Shown piece by piece: positions 11,530-25,700 of a DNA stretch of 64,000 nt (position 1 is the first letter of the stretch; the number at the start of each line of letters is the position of its first letter). The notes under the pieces were generated by a model. It was not told the origin of the DNA. It did not search any database and was given only the letters and a program-made list of their open reading frames with translations. Location of the stretch: NCBI RefSeq assembly GCF_039654945.1, contig NW_027361677.1, positions 5,394,001-5,458,000 of the forward strand, in the 5' to 3' direction. The position numbers were made by a program, and so were the translations under genes. Source of the stretch: Dendrobates tinctorius (lineage: Eukaryota).

Positions 11530-14256
11530 TCACAAAGGTGTGAACCGATGACCACGTTGCAGCATTGCAAAGCTGCAGCGCGGAAGCTCTGTGGCGCACC
11601 GCCCAGGAGGCACCCACCGCCCGGGTAGAGTGCGCTCTGATCCCTGGAGGGGCCACTCGATGCTTGACCCGGTATGCCTCCAAAATTGCCGATCTGATCC
11701 AGCGCGCAATAGTGGCCTTTGAGGCTGGGTGATGAACAGAGAGTCTGACTTCCGCAATGAAGTCGTCCGGGCTAGATAGACTCTCAATGCCCTGACTAGG
11801 TCCAGCTTGTCCAAAGACCGCTCCCGAGGGTGAGCTGGGCTCAGGCAGAAGGATGGCAGAACAATGTCCTCATTGAGGTGAAACGAAGATACCACCTTCG
11901 GAAGAAAAGAGGGCGGAGGCCGCAGAACTACCTTGTCCTGATGAAGGACCAAAAAAGGAGAGCGGCAAGAAAGTACCGCTAATTCCGACACGCGCCGGAT
12001 GGAGGTAATGGCCACCAGAAAGGCCACTTTCCAAGAAAGGAGGGAAAGGGAAACGTCCCTGAGAGGTTCAAAAGGAGGACCCTGCAGAACCTGAAGAACC
12101 AAATTAAGATCCCAAGGATCCACGGGAGCTCGGTACGGAGGAACCGTGTGAGCCACACCCTGGAGGAAGGTTTTGACCTGGGGCCGGGAGGCCAGCGTTT
12201 TCTGAAATAAAATGGACAGTGCCGAAACTTGACCCTTCAAGGAACTGAGAGCAAGCCCCGCATCCAGCCCTGCCTGAAGAAACGCCAGAATAGAAGGGAG
12301 CGAAAAAACCGAGGGCGCGATGTCATTGGCCTCACACCAGGAGAAATAGGCTTTCCAAGTACGGTAATAGACCTTCGAAGAAGAAGGCTTTCTGGCGCGG
12401 ATCATGGTATGAATTACCCGATCAGAGAATCCTGCCCGTCTCAAAACCTCGGTCTCAACAGCCACGCCGTTAAAATTGAGCGACCGAGAATTGGGGTGGC
12501 AAATCGGGCCTTGAGACAGCAGATCTGCCCGTCGGGAAGCTTCCAGGGGGCGTCCGCGAGAAGGTTGACAATGTCTGCGAATCAAGACCTTCTGGGCCAA
12601 TTCGGGGCGATGAGGATGACTGGAATCCCCTCTGCTTTGATTTTCTTCAACAACTTGGGAAGAAGAGGCAGAGGAGGGAACAGGTAGGGGAGCACGAACT
12701 GTGACCAAGGGACGGCCAGAGCGTCGGCGCCCACTGCCAGAGGGTCCCGAGACCTGGACACGAATTGTGGTACTTTCCTGTTGAGGCGAGATGCCATGAG
12801 GTCTACATCCGGGGTTCCCCACCGACGGCAGAGCAGATGAAACACCTCCGGATGTAGGGACCATTACCCTGCCGCAAGACCCTCGCGGCTGAGGAAATCG
12901 GCGGCCCAGTTGTCCACGCCGGGAATGTGAACCGCGGAAATCGTTGGAACAAAGGTCTCTGCCCATTGAAGAATTCTGGACACTTCCGCCAGGGCTGAGA
13001 CACTCCGTGTCCCCCCTTGGCGGTTGATATACGCCACCGCTGTGGCATTGTCTATCTGAATCCTGACAGGCAGGCCCTTGAGGCGCCTTTCCCAGTGGAC
13101 GAGAGCTAGATGGATCGCCCGTATCTCTAGGACATTGATCTGCAGAGCTGATTCCTGAGTCGACCATCGACCCTGAACAGTGTGATTGCGGAACACTGCA
13201 CCCCAGCCGATGAGGCTGGCGTCCGTAGTGACAATCTGCCAGTGAACGGGAAAAGACCGCCCCAAGAGAATGAGGGGAGACGTCAACCACCAGTTGAGAG
13301 ACCGCCTGATCCGGCAGGAAAGGCGAACCGGACGATCCAGAGACAGAGCCGACCTGTTCCACCCGGACAAAATGGCCTGCTGGAGTGGCCTGGCGTGAAA
13401 TTGGGCAAAGGGAACTGCCTCTATCTCCGCCACAATCTTCTCCAGGACCCTCATGGCTGACCTGAGGGATGGAAATCGTGTGATCTGTAATGATCGCACG
13501 CCCTGCTGCAGGGAAAGAATCTTGTCTTGTGGGAGAAATACCCTTGACCGACGAGTGTCGAACAGAAGGCCCAGAAACACAAGGCGTTGAGTAGGGACCA
13601 GACAGGACTTTTCCCGGTTGACGATCCACCCAAAACTGGACAGGGTGTCTAGAACGATCGCCACACTTAGGCGGGCCTGTTGAAAGGAGGGGGCCTTGAT
13701 CAGGATATCGTCGAGGTACGGAAAAAGAACGAGACCTCTGATCCTCAACAAGGCCATCAACGCCGCCATAATCTTCGTGAAGACTCTGGGAGCGGTGGCG
13801 AGCCCGAAAGGAAGCGCGACGAACTGGTAATGTTCGTGAAGAATCGCAAACCGCAGGAACTTCTGATGTCCGGGAAATATGGGCACATGTAGATAGGCAT
13901 CTTGGATGTCTATGGAACCCATGAATTCCTGCTCCTCCATGGAAGCAATTACCGAGCGAACTGACTCCATCCGGAAGTGGCGAAGGCGAACTCTCTTGTT
14001 GAGTAACTTGAGATCCAAGATGGGTCGAACTGTCCCGTCCTTTTTCGGCACCACAAACAGGTTTGAATAAAACCCTGTGAAGCGTTCCGATTCGGGAACG
14101 GGCACAATCACCCCGGAACTGAGAAGAGAGGTGATGGCCAAACCGAACCCCGGGACCAAGGCCGGATCCCTCGGCGGACGGGATTGTAAGAAACGATCCC
14201 GTGGAAGAGAAATGAACTCTATTTTGTATCCTGTTGATACAACCTCTCTGACCCAA
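11530..14256 (-). CDS. DIRS ORF3, tyrosine recombinase with a long N-terminal extension overlapping RT; C-terminus frameshifted into 11441-11683
   Basis: YR motifs 'TSIRRVSEL', 'LDLVRALRVYL'; 'RAHSTR...FVKFY' in the adjacent frame after a deletion. Confidence 0.88.
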   Translation of the reverse strand: MGQRGCINRIQNRVHFSSTGSFLTIPSAEGSGLGPGVRFGHHLSSQFRGDCARSRIGTLHRVLFKPVCGAEKGRDSSTHLGSQVTQQESSPSPLPDGVSSLGNCFHGGAGIHGFHRHPRCLSTCAHISRTSEVPAVCDSSRTLPVRRASFRARHRSQSLHEDYGGVDGLVEDQRSRSFSVPRRYPDQGPLLSTGPPKCGDRSRHPVQFWVDRQPGKVLSGPYSTPCVSGPSVRHSSVKGISPTRQDSFPAAGRAIITDHTISIPQVSHEGPGEDCGGDRGSSLCPISRQATPAGHFVRVEQVGSVSGSSGSPFLPDQAVSQLVVDVSPHSLGAVFSRSLADCHYGRQPHRLGCSVPQSHCSGSMVDSGISSADQCPRDTGDPSSSRPLGKAPQGPACQDSDRQCHSGGVYQPPRGDTECLSPGGSVQNSSMGRDLCSNDFRGSHSRRGQLGRRFPQPRGSCGRVMVPTSGGVSSALPSVGNPGCRPHGISPQQESTTIRVQVSGPSGSGRRRSGRPLVTVRAPLPVPSSASSSQVVEENQSRGDSSHPHRPELAQKVLIRRHCQPSRGRPLEASRRADLLSQGPICHPNSRSLNFNGVAVETEVLRRAGFSDRVIHTMIRARKPSSSKVYYRTWKAYFSWCEANDIAPSVFSLPSILAFLQAGLDAGLALSSLKGQVSALSILFQKTLASRPQVKTFLQGVAHTVPPYRAPVDPWDLNLVLQVLQGPPFEPLRDVSLSLLSWKVAFLVAITSIRRVSELAVLSCRSPFLVLHQDKVVLRPPPSFLPKVVSSFHLNEDIVLPSFCLSPAHPRERSLDKLDLVRALRVYLARTTSLRKSDSLFITQPQRPLLRAGSDRQFWRHTGSSIEWPLQGSERTLPGRWVPPGRCATELPRCSFAMLQRGHRFTPL

Positions 14257-14327
14257 GCGTCCTCTACTGAGGCGAGCCAGACGTCGCTGAAGAAGAGAAG
14301 TCGACCTCCCAATTGGAAGGGACCCAC
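12864..14327 (-). CDS. DIRS reverse transcriptase/RNase H; MT-like tail frameshifted into 12582-12845
   Basis: 'FYSNLFVVPKKDG..RPILDL', 'LPFGL..APRVF', YLDD, 'TTDAS..GWGA', 'HIPGVDNWAADFLSR'. Confidence 0.93.
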   Translation of the reverse strand: MGPFQLGGRLLFFSDVWLASVEDAWVREVVSTGYKIEFISLPRDRFLQSRPPRDPALVPGFGLAITSLLSSGVIVPVPESERFTGFYSNLFVVPKKDGTVRPILDLKLLNKRVRLRHFRMESVRSVIASMEEQEFMGSIDIQDAYLHVPIFPGHQKFLRFAILHEHYQFVALPFGLATAPRVFTKIMAALMALLRIRGLVLFPYLDDILIKAPSFQQARLSVAIVLDTLSSFGWIVNREKSCLVPTQRLVFLGLLFDTRRSRVFLPQDKILSLQQGVRSLQITRFPSLRSAMRVLEKIVAEIEAVPFAQFHARPLQQAILSGWNRSALSLDRPVRLSCRIRRSLNWWLTSPLILLGRSFPVHWQIVTTDASLIGWGAVFRNHTVQGRWSTQESALQINVLEIRAIHLALVHWERRLKGLPVRIQIDNATAVAYINRQGGTRSVSALAEVSRILQWAETFVPTISAVHIPGVDNWAADFLSREGLAAG

Positions 14328-14343
14328 GGGAGACCGATGGTAG

Positions 14344-15591
14344 TCATGCGGACGTAGACCGTCCAGATCTAGATCTGGACGGTCTTCCCTGGGAAGAGTG
14401 GGACCGCCAGGACGGAGTGGGCCTGAAGGAAACCTTCTTTCTTTCCTGACGTGCCTGTGGCCTTTGCTGGTTGGAAGGGTTTTCCGCCGTATTGAAACGG
14501 CGGAAAGTCCGACAGGGACGAAACTGACGCCTTGGAGGAGGTCTGCGAGGCTTGGAGGGGAGAAGAGAACTCGTACCTCCAGTAGCGTCCTTAATAATCT
14601 GATCCAATTGTGATCCGAAGAGACGCACTCCCTGAAAAGGCAGATTGGTCAGAGACTTGTTAGAGGACAAGTCCGCCTGCCAGGCCTTGAGCCAAATTGT
14701 ACGTCGGATTGCCACGATGTTACTTGACGCCTGAACTGCGCAAGATGCGGCATCCAAGGAGGCAGAAAGCAGATAATCCCCCGCATGGGAAATCTGATTG
14801 GCGAGATCGGCCAAATGCTCTGGTCGTGCCTTATCCAGAATGCCCTGCCGAAGGTCATCTGCCCAAGTGGATATGGCCTTTGCTGCCCAAGAAGAAACAA
14901 AGACTGGACATACCGCTGCTGATGCCGCTTCGAAGGCAGATTTTGCTAGAGATTCTATGATCCTATCATTAGAATCTTTTAGCGACGCCACCCCTGACAG
15001 CGGAAGGACCGTATTATTAGAAAGTCTGGACACGGGAGGGTCCACCGAGGGAGAAGCGGCCCAGTTGTCCGTGAGCTCTTTAGCAAACGGGTACAGCACG
15101 CCGAGACGCTTTCCTCTTTGAAAGCGTCTGGTCGGATCTTCTCTCTCCTTTGTAAAAATCTTTCCAAACTCAGAATGGAAGGGAAACACCCTGGATGGTG
15201 TTTCCGCCCGTCTGGACGAAACCTCCTGATCTGAGGATTTCGCAGGGGCGTCAGCGATGTCAAAGGTATGGTGAATCGCGGCAATGAGGTTTTGCACCGT
15301 AACCTTCATGTTCGCATCCTGGTCCGAATCCAGCTCTAAGACCCCTTCCGATTCCGAAAGCGCTTCGCCTGACTCGGGGGAGGAGGCCCGAGAGGGAGAC
15401 TGCTGGGGACTATGGGGTGAGGTAGGACGAGGGGAGGACTCCGCCTGGAGGTCCTGCCTGGGCCTCTTGCGACTGCCGCTGGCTGGGTCAGATGGGACGT
15501 CCTGAGACGTGCTGGGTCCCGCCGAAGCTCCCAAGGGCAACTTGTCCAGAACGGCTACTAGGGACTGAGACACCTTGATGAGGTCTGCCAC
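14344..15591 (-). CDS. DIRS ORF1 (gag-like), N-terminus damaged
   Basis: 415 aa; 'PSVDPPVSRL', 'IRRTIWLKAW', 'LPFQGVRLFG..LD' shared with ORF1 of the other DIRS copies here. Confidence 0.85.
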   Translation of the reverse strand: MADLIKVSQSLVAVLDKLPLGASAGPSTSQDVPSDPASGSRKRPRQDLQAESSPRPTSPHSPQQSPSRASSPESGEALSESEGVLELDSDQDANMKVTVQNLIAAIHHTFDIADAPAKSSDQEVSSRRAETPSRVFPFHSEFGKIFTKEREDPTRRFQRGKRLGVLYPFAKELTDNWAASPSVDPPVSRLSNNTVLPLSGVASLKDSNDRIIESLAKSAFEAASAAVCPVFVSSWAAKAISTWADDLRQGILDKARPEHLADLANQISHAGDYLLSASLDAASCAVQASSNIVAIRRTIWLKAWQADLSSNKSLTNLPFQGVRLFGSQLDQIIKDATGGTSSLLPSKPRRPPPRRQFRPCRTFRRFNTAENPSNQQRPQARQERKKVSFRPTPSWRSHSSQGRPSRSRSGRSTSA

Positions 15592-17499
15592 TGACTGTGA
15601 TTAAGAGGAGGCCCAACCCGGCATGGGGGGCTCACTCGCCCCTGGGGCTATGGATGGCTCCTGAGCGGTGTCGGGCTGGACGCAGAGCGGGTACGATCAG
15701 ACAGCGTTGGACATAGTGAAAAGAGAGGCAGTGCAGGCCGGTTGGGGGACAGAAGGCAGAGAAGGGTGTCAGTCTGCAGGTGCAGAGCTACTCACGGTCC
15801 GGTGTCCCCAAGGACGACGCTCTCTGATCTGGCTGCAGGATGAGGCCAGGCCAATCCGGCTGAAAAAAGGCCCAGCGACCGAAATCCGGCAGGGAATGAG
15901 GTCTGGCTGGCAGGCTGAGAAGATGGCGACCACCAGGGAAAGGGCGCGCTGCCAGAGGGAGAAGAAGGGCGGAGCTCGCCGCAGAGATCCCCTTAACACC
16001 GCCCGCTGTCCAATAGCAGGCTGGTGTGAGGCAAGGGGGCTGGGAAGGCCTAGGACGGGCGGGAGAGAAGCCCGCTTAGAAGAAAGGGGCAGGGGGCGTG
16101 GCCGCGACGCAGCGGTAGGCCCGAGATGAAGCCGGGGCCTAAATTAATAGCGCCGGCCGCCTGTCAGCAGGGGGTCGGCGCGGAAGATGCGCCGCAACAC
16201 CGGGCCGCGTCCCTGCTTCCCACAGCCCGACCCCTGTATACCCCTGCCGGGATGAAGAAGAAACGGGAGGGGGGGGGGCGCAGAACAAGGCCCGAAGGAA
16301 AAGGGGCCTTCATGGATGCGGCGACCGCGGGGAGAAGCGGGCGCGCAGGCCCTACCGTGGTCCCCTGGCGACCGCCTTAGGATGAAAACGCCGGGGGACC
16401 GCTAGACCGCATACTCACCCAGGCCGGGGGCCACAATAAAGGTACCTGAGAATCCCACGCTGTCTGTCGTCTTTATGGAATCCACGCCTCGTCCAACCGT
16501 CAGGCTCTGGTAGGCGAGATGGTGGGAGGCGGGGGGCAAGGACCGTCCGTATAGCTGGCACGCACCTGTGCGAGGCTCCTGGTCCTGCCGCGGAGACCTA
16601 TGAGGATACGGGGTGGCAGTACACGCCGTACTCATAGTCTCTTTGTGGGAGTACGGATGTGACTGTTCACTCCGTATCCCTCCGAAACCTGTAAAGGAAC
16701 GACGCACGACGAGGTAGATAGGGGTCTAATAAAAGACCCGTGTCCACCTCCTACTGACACTAAGCTAAACTGAGGAACTTCCTGCCGGTCGGTGGGGTGT
16801 ACACTGCGGAGGAGGAGCTAACCTTTTTTTGTGCATAGTGTCAGCCTCCTAGTGGCAGCAGCATACACCCATGGTCTCTGTGCCCCCCAATAAGGCGAAC
16901 GAGAAATTTTTACAGCCACACTGGACATTATCTACCTACAGTATCTGACTGATATACAACCACCTAACTAACTAGCTAAAATCTTGCTGTTAACAGCGCC
17001 AGCGTCAGGAGCAGCCTCTCTGCGCGGTTACAGTGTCAAAATGGCGCTAAAACAATATATCCGCTATTTATATGGAGAGGGACATGTGATTTCAGCAGCC
17101 AATGACAAAAGCCGTTGTGTCAGGACATTGTGGGTGTTTCCTGCGCCCTGATTGGCTAGCCGCAACGTGCACACAAAGTTAGGAAAGGGAAAAAAAAAAA
17201 AAAAAAAAAAAAAAGACTTCTGTGCTGTATTTTTAAGAACACCGCACCTCTGGGTTCTGTAAACCCCCTTCCCATCAAACACGTGCCAAACACTCATAAT
17301 CTACCACCATTATCGTTGCTATAGTGCGGAATATATTTTGGTGGCAACGCAAACATTTTTCCGCACTGTTGCCGATTTTATGAAATTTTGCTCGGATTTA
17401 CGATCAAGAGTCCGAATGTGCTATATTCGTGCCGAATTTATGTTTGGCGATCGTTTTCTGAACAAATTTGCTCATCTCTAATTATCTGTATTTTTTTTA

Positions 17500-21124
<3,625 letters not shown>

Positions 21125-22117
21125 CTAGAACGTTGGACATGTCGCAGCTGCGTGATCAGGAATCCCGATTTTCTCCATCCTCTTTCTGCAGAGTGCCGAG
21201 AGGTCCTCTACCCAAAATTATCTGGGAGAAGGATCCATGTCTCCAATGCAGCACTGAAAAAAAAATAAGAGGGTGTCAGTGCAGGCAGCATTGAATACAA
21301 GACAGACGTATAAACTCATGTTATGACCATTTATTGCAAAACCGCCCTATAAATGACTGAAGTGCATCATACCATTGCCATGTCTGACTGTGCGATGACG
21401 TAGCGGAAGGCTCGTCCGACAGAGGATGGATGAATCAGCTCAGATACCAAAGCAGCTTCCATCACAGCACAACCGGGGGGCTGACAAGGCATCACTCATT
21501 TCCATAGGTCCTCTGATATCAGAGTAGTCGCAGCTATTTTTTGGGGAGTGGTTGAATAATTCTGCAACCCATTTTGTTTTTTCTTTTAAAGTGGATCTGT
21601 CATCAGATTTCATAAACTCCATGAATTATTAAATGGACCTGATGAGCCCTCCCGGCCTCACTGACAACTGCACCTTGTACTGAGCAGTGCTAGACCTCAG
21701 CAGCAGTAAGGAGGAGGGACACTGAGGAGCCGTCAAACAAGCTAGGTAGGTAGACATTTGGTTTCTCTTTCATAAAGGATTATACAGCCATTCCAATATG
21801 ATTTTTCAAAAGAAATACACCTGCCTCATCAGGTTCACGATCTATATATTGTGTGTAGTTTGTATGATTTCCATTTTTGTCATTTTTCACCGTTTTTCCT
21901 TTCCAAAGGGGCTAATCAGAGTAACCCAACTGCAATTCTCTGGGAAATACCTACAGCACCAGAGACAATTCCAAGCAATAAACCATCATGTGAATATCAT
22001 TTTCATATGGCAAATGCCAACTTTTACCCCAATCAAAAATGCAATAAACAATTTGGGATTTTCAATTCTATAACAAAAAAAAAAAAAAAAAAAAAAAAAA
22101 ATTACATTAGAACATGA

Positions 22118-22692
22118 AGTCAATATAGAATCACTGCACACGTAAATTATGCTTTAGTGAGATTTTTTATTTTATTGACGGTGATGAAGCGACAGCTGAC
22201 GTTTCGGCCTAACAAAGGCCTTTATCACAGTCGCCTTTTTGAAGTAGAGTTTCGGTAGTCACCGGTTAATAATTTATCACTGCTAGGCAAAATTTCATGA
22301 GAATGTGGATTGTCCAGTGTGGCCAATGGTCCAGGTGCCAGAGGAGCAGAAATCCTAATGGTATGGCAGGGAATCATTGGTGGCACAGTGGGGGATGCAG
22401 GCACCGCCGTGGATAATCCACATTCTCATGAAATTTTGCCTAGCAGTGATAAATTATTAACCGGTGACTCCCGAAACTCTACTTCAAAAAGGCGACTGTG
22501 TGATAAAGGCCGTTGTTAGGCCGAAACGTCAGCGGTCGCTTCAACACCGTCAATAAATTAAAAAAGCTCTCTAAAGCATAATTTACGTGTGCAGTGATTC
22601 TATATTGACTTCATACTTACGGGACCAGAGGCTCCCTTTCACTAGCACCGTATATTCAACTTCCTGGCCGTGTGCTAACCATTCTTTATATC
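22118..22692 (+). mobile_element. Penelope-like element end with inverted duplication and long target-site duplication
   Basis: ~200-bp inverted repeat 22114-22312 / 22413-22613; TACATTAGAACATGA duplicated at 22103-22117 and 22693-22707; hammerhead-like TGATAA-AGGCC..GGCC-GAAAC-GTC in both arms. Confidence 0.65.
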
Positions 22693-22715
22693 TACATTAG
22701 AACATGACAGACTGG

Positions 22716-25700
22716 AAAAAAGGAGATTTTGGTGTACTCACTGTAAAATCTCTCTAAGCCTCTAATTGGGGGACACAGAACCATGGGTGTTATGCTGCTG
22801 TCCACTAGGAGGCGACACTATGCATAATCTGAAAAAGATTAACTATGGCTCCTCCTCTGCAGTATACACCCCTGGACGGCGTCAGCCTTCTCCAGTTTTG
22901 TGCAAAAGCATTAGGAGGAACATAAACAACATAACCATGCCTATAAGAAGGCCACTATGTACGAGCTCAAAGAACAATATGAGAACTCAACCGTAACAAC
23001 TGCCCGTAAGGGCAACAGGGTGGGAGCTGTGTCCTCCAATCAGAGGCTAAGAGAAAGAGATTTTACGGTGAGTACACAAAAATCTCCTTTACTCTGTCGC
23101 CTCATTGGGGGACACAGAACCATGGGACGTCCCAAAGCAGTCCCTGGGTGGGAAGCAATGGACGAATATTGTGCTAGCAGGTCCCTAAACTTGGGCCACT
23201 GCCGCCTGCAGAACCCGTCTACCCAGGCTCGCATCCGCTGAGGACTGGGTCTGAACACTGTAGTGTTTCGTAAACGTGTGTAGGCTAGTCCAAGTGGCCG
23301 CCTTACACACTTGTTGTGCCGAAGTCTGGTGCCAAATGGCCCTGGAGGCCCCTAATGCCGGCGTAGAGTGTGCCGTGATACCAGCCGGAAGAGAATTGTT
23401 AAGGCGGTAGCCTCTTGTATGGTGGACTTGATCCACCTGGCAAGGGTAGCTTTGGAAGCTGGCAGACCCTTGCGAACGCCTTCCGGAAGAAGGAAAAGGG
23501 AATCCAACTTCCGGAAGTGTGCAGTCCTAGACACGTATATACGCAATGCCCTGACGAGGTCTAGCGTATGCAGAGCCTTCTCCACTCTATGAACCGGAAC
23601 CGGGCAAAGGGATGGCAGTGAAATTTCCTCATTGAGGTGGAAGTTGGACACAACCTTCGGAAGGAAGGATGGGACTGTACTGAGAACCACCTTGTCCTGT
23701 TGAAAGGCTAGGAAGGGCCGTCTGCAGGAGAGTGCTGACAATTCAGACACCCTGCGTAGCGAGGTGATTGCCACCAGAAAAACCACCTTCTGTGACAGAA
23801 CGCGGAGTGGGACTTCCTTAAGGGGTTTGAAAGGTGGTGCCTGCAATGCTGTCAGGACCAGGTTCAGGTCCCACGTTTCCAGTGGACGTCTGTAGGGGGG
23901 GGAACTAATCGGGAAACTCCATGGAGAAAAGTCCTTACTTGCGGCTTGTTAGCAATACGCCTTTGGAAAAGCACTGAAAGCGCTGACGCCTGGCTCTTAA
24001 GCGAGCCTAGGGATAGCCTGGCTTCCAGGCCCGATTGAAGAAAACCAAGTACCTTTGGGAGGGAATAAGTGAGTGGGACCTGTCCGCGAGATTCGCACCA
24101 GGTAAAGAAAGCTCTCCAGGTACGGTAATAGATCTTGGCGGAGGCTGGCTTCTTTGCCCTGATCATGGTCGTAATGACATCCGGTGAGAGCCCTGCCTGG
24201 GTTAGAACCCAGGTCTCAAGGGCCACGCCGTCAAGTTGAGAGCCCCTGAGTTCTGATGGTAGAACAGACCTTGTGACAGAAGGTCGTGACGGTCGGGGAG
24301 ACGCCAGGGGGCATCTGCTGTAAGTTGTACGATGTCGGCATACCATGTACGTCTGGGACAGTCCGGCGCGATCAGGATGGTTGGAACTCCCTCTTGTTTG
24401 ATCTTCCTCACGACTCTGGAGATCAGGGGGAGGGGTGGAAAAATGTACAGAAGCTGGAACTGGGTCCAGTCTTGAACCAGGGAATCCGCTCCGAGCGACC
24501 GGGGGTCGCGTGTCCTGGCCATGAAATTGGAGACCTTGGCATTGAGATGGGATGCCATTAGGTCCACGTCCGGGGACCCCAGCGATGGCAGATCTGGTGA
24601 AAAATTTCGAGATGGAGAGACCACTCCCCCGAGTCCATTCCTTGTCTGCTGAGGAAGTCGGCTTCCCAGTTGTCCACACCCGCAATGTGGACCGCCGAGA
24701 GTACCGACCTAGTGTCTTCCGCCCAGTGGAGGATATAAAAGACTCTCAATGCCAGGAAGAAGGCCCGAATTTCCAGGATGTTGATGGCCAAAGTCGCTTC
24801 CACTGGTGACCACTTGCCTTGTGCCCTGTGATGTAGGTGCACCGCACCCCAACCTGTCAGGCTTGCATCCGTGGTCAGGACCTTCCATTGACCTGAGAGA
24901 AATGATTTTCCCCTTGCAAGCGAAGTTGGCTTGAGCCACCAGTGTAGTGACCTCCTGGTTGATGATGTTAGCCAGAACGCCCTGTCAAGGGAGAAAGGAT
25001 TCCTGTCCCAGGACTTGAGGATAGCTAGTTGAAGAGGCCTGAGGTGAAACTGGGCAAATGGCACCGCCTCCATTGCTGCTGCCATCCTGCCGAGGACTCT
25101 CATGGCAAACCGGAGAGATCGGGGGGGGGGGGATTGCGGAGGAGTATGTGAACTACCAGACGGAGAGCCAGTGCCTTGTCCCTAGGAAGGAGCACTAGCC
25201 CCCTGGAGGTGTCGAATAGCATCCCCAGGAAGGTCAGAGACTGACTCGGGGTAGTCGATGACTTTTGCAAGTTGACTAACCAGCCCAGGCGACTCAGTGT
25301 CGATTGTGATTGAGACGCTGACCTCGCAGTCCTTGAAGGTAGAAGCCTTGATGAGAAGGTCGTCCAGGTATGGAACGACTACAATGCCTCTGGAGTGTAG
25401 AACGTCCATGGTGGCTGCCATGATCTTGGTAAACGTTCTGGGAGCCATGGTGAGTCTGAACGGGAGAGTAACGAACTGGTAGTGGTCCTGGTTGATTGCG
25501 AACCTGAGAAATCTTTGATGGGCGGGAGCCATTGGTATATGCAGGTATGCGTCTTGTATGTCTATGGAGGCGAGATATTCTCCCTGCTCCATGGACACAA
25601 TGATGGACCGAAGGGACTCCATGCGAAAATGACGAACCTGTACATATTTGTTGAGTTGTTTTAGGTCTAGTATGGGCCGGACGCTGCCTCCTTTCTTGGG

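Larger units (their letters stand above)
11012..16906 (-). mobile_element. Near-intact DIRS retrotransposon
   Basis: ITRs ~11064-11188 vs ~16766-16906; ICR ~11300-11402; three long ORFs. Confidence 0.95.
743..17480 (-). mobile_element. Large decayed hAT DNA transposon interrupted by DIRS insertions (host segments about 743-3536, 10492-11011, 16907-17480)
   Basis: End TAGAGATGAGCAAA on - strand at 17467-17480, resembling the TIR of the 8-bp-TSD MITE at 32214; subterminal repeats 10500-10870; transposase fragments at 743-3300. Continuity across the insertions is inferred. Confidence 0.65.

Noticed and set aside
21638-21670. CTGATGA motif
   Set aside because: No downstream GAAA box or supporting stems; not a hammerhead, and no convincing snoRNA box pair
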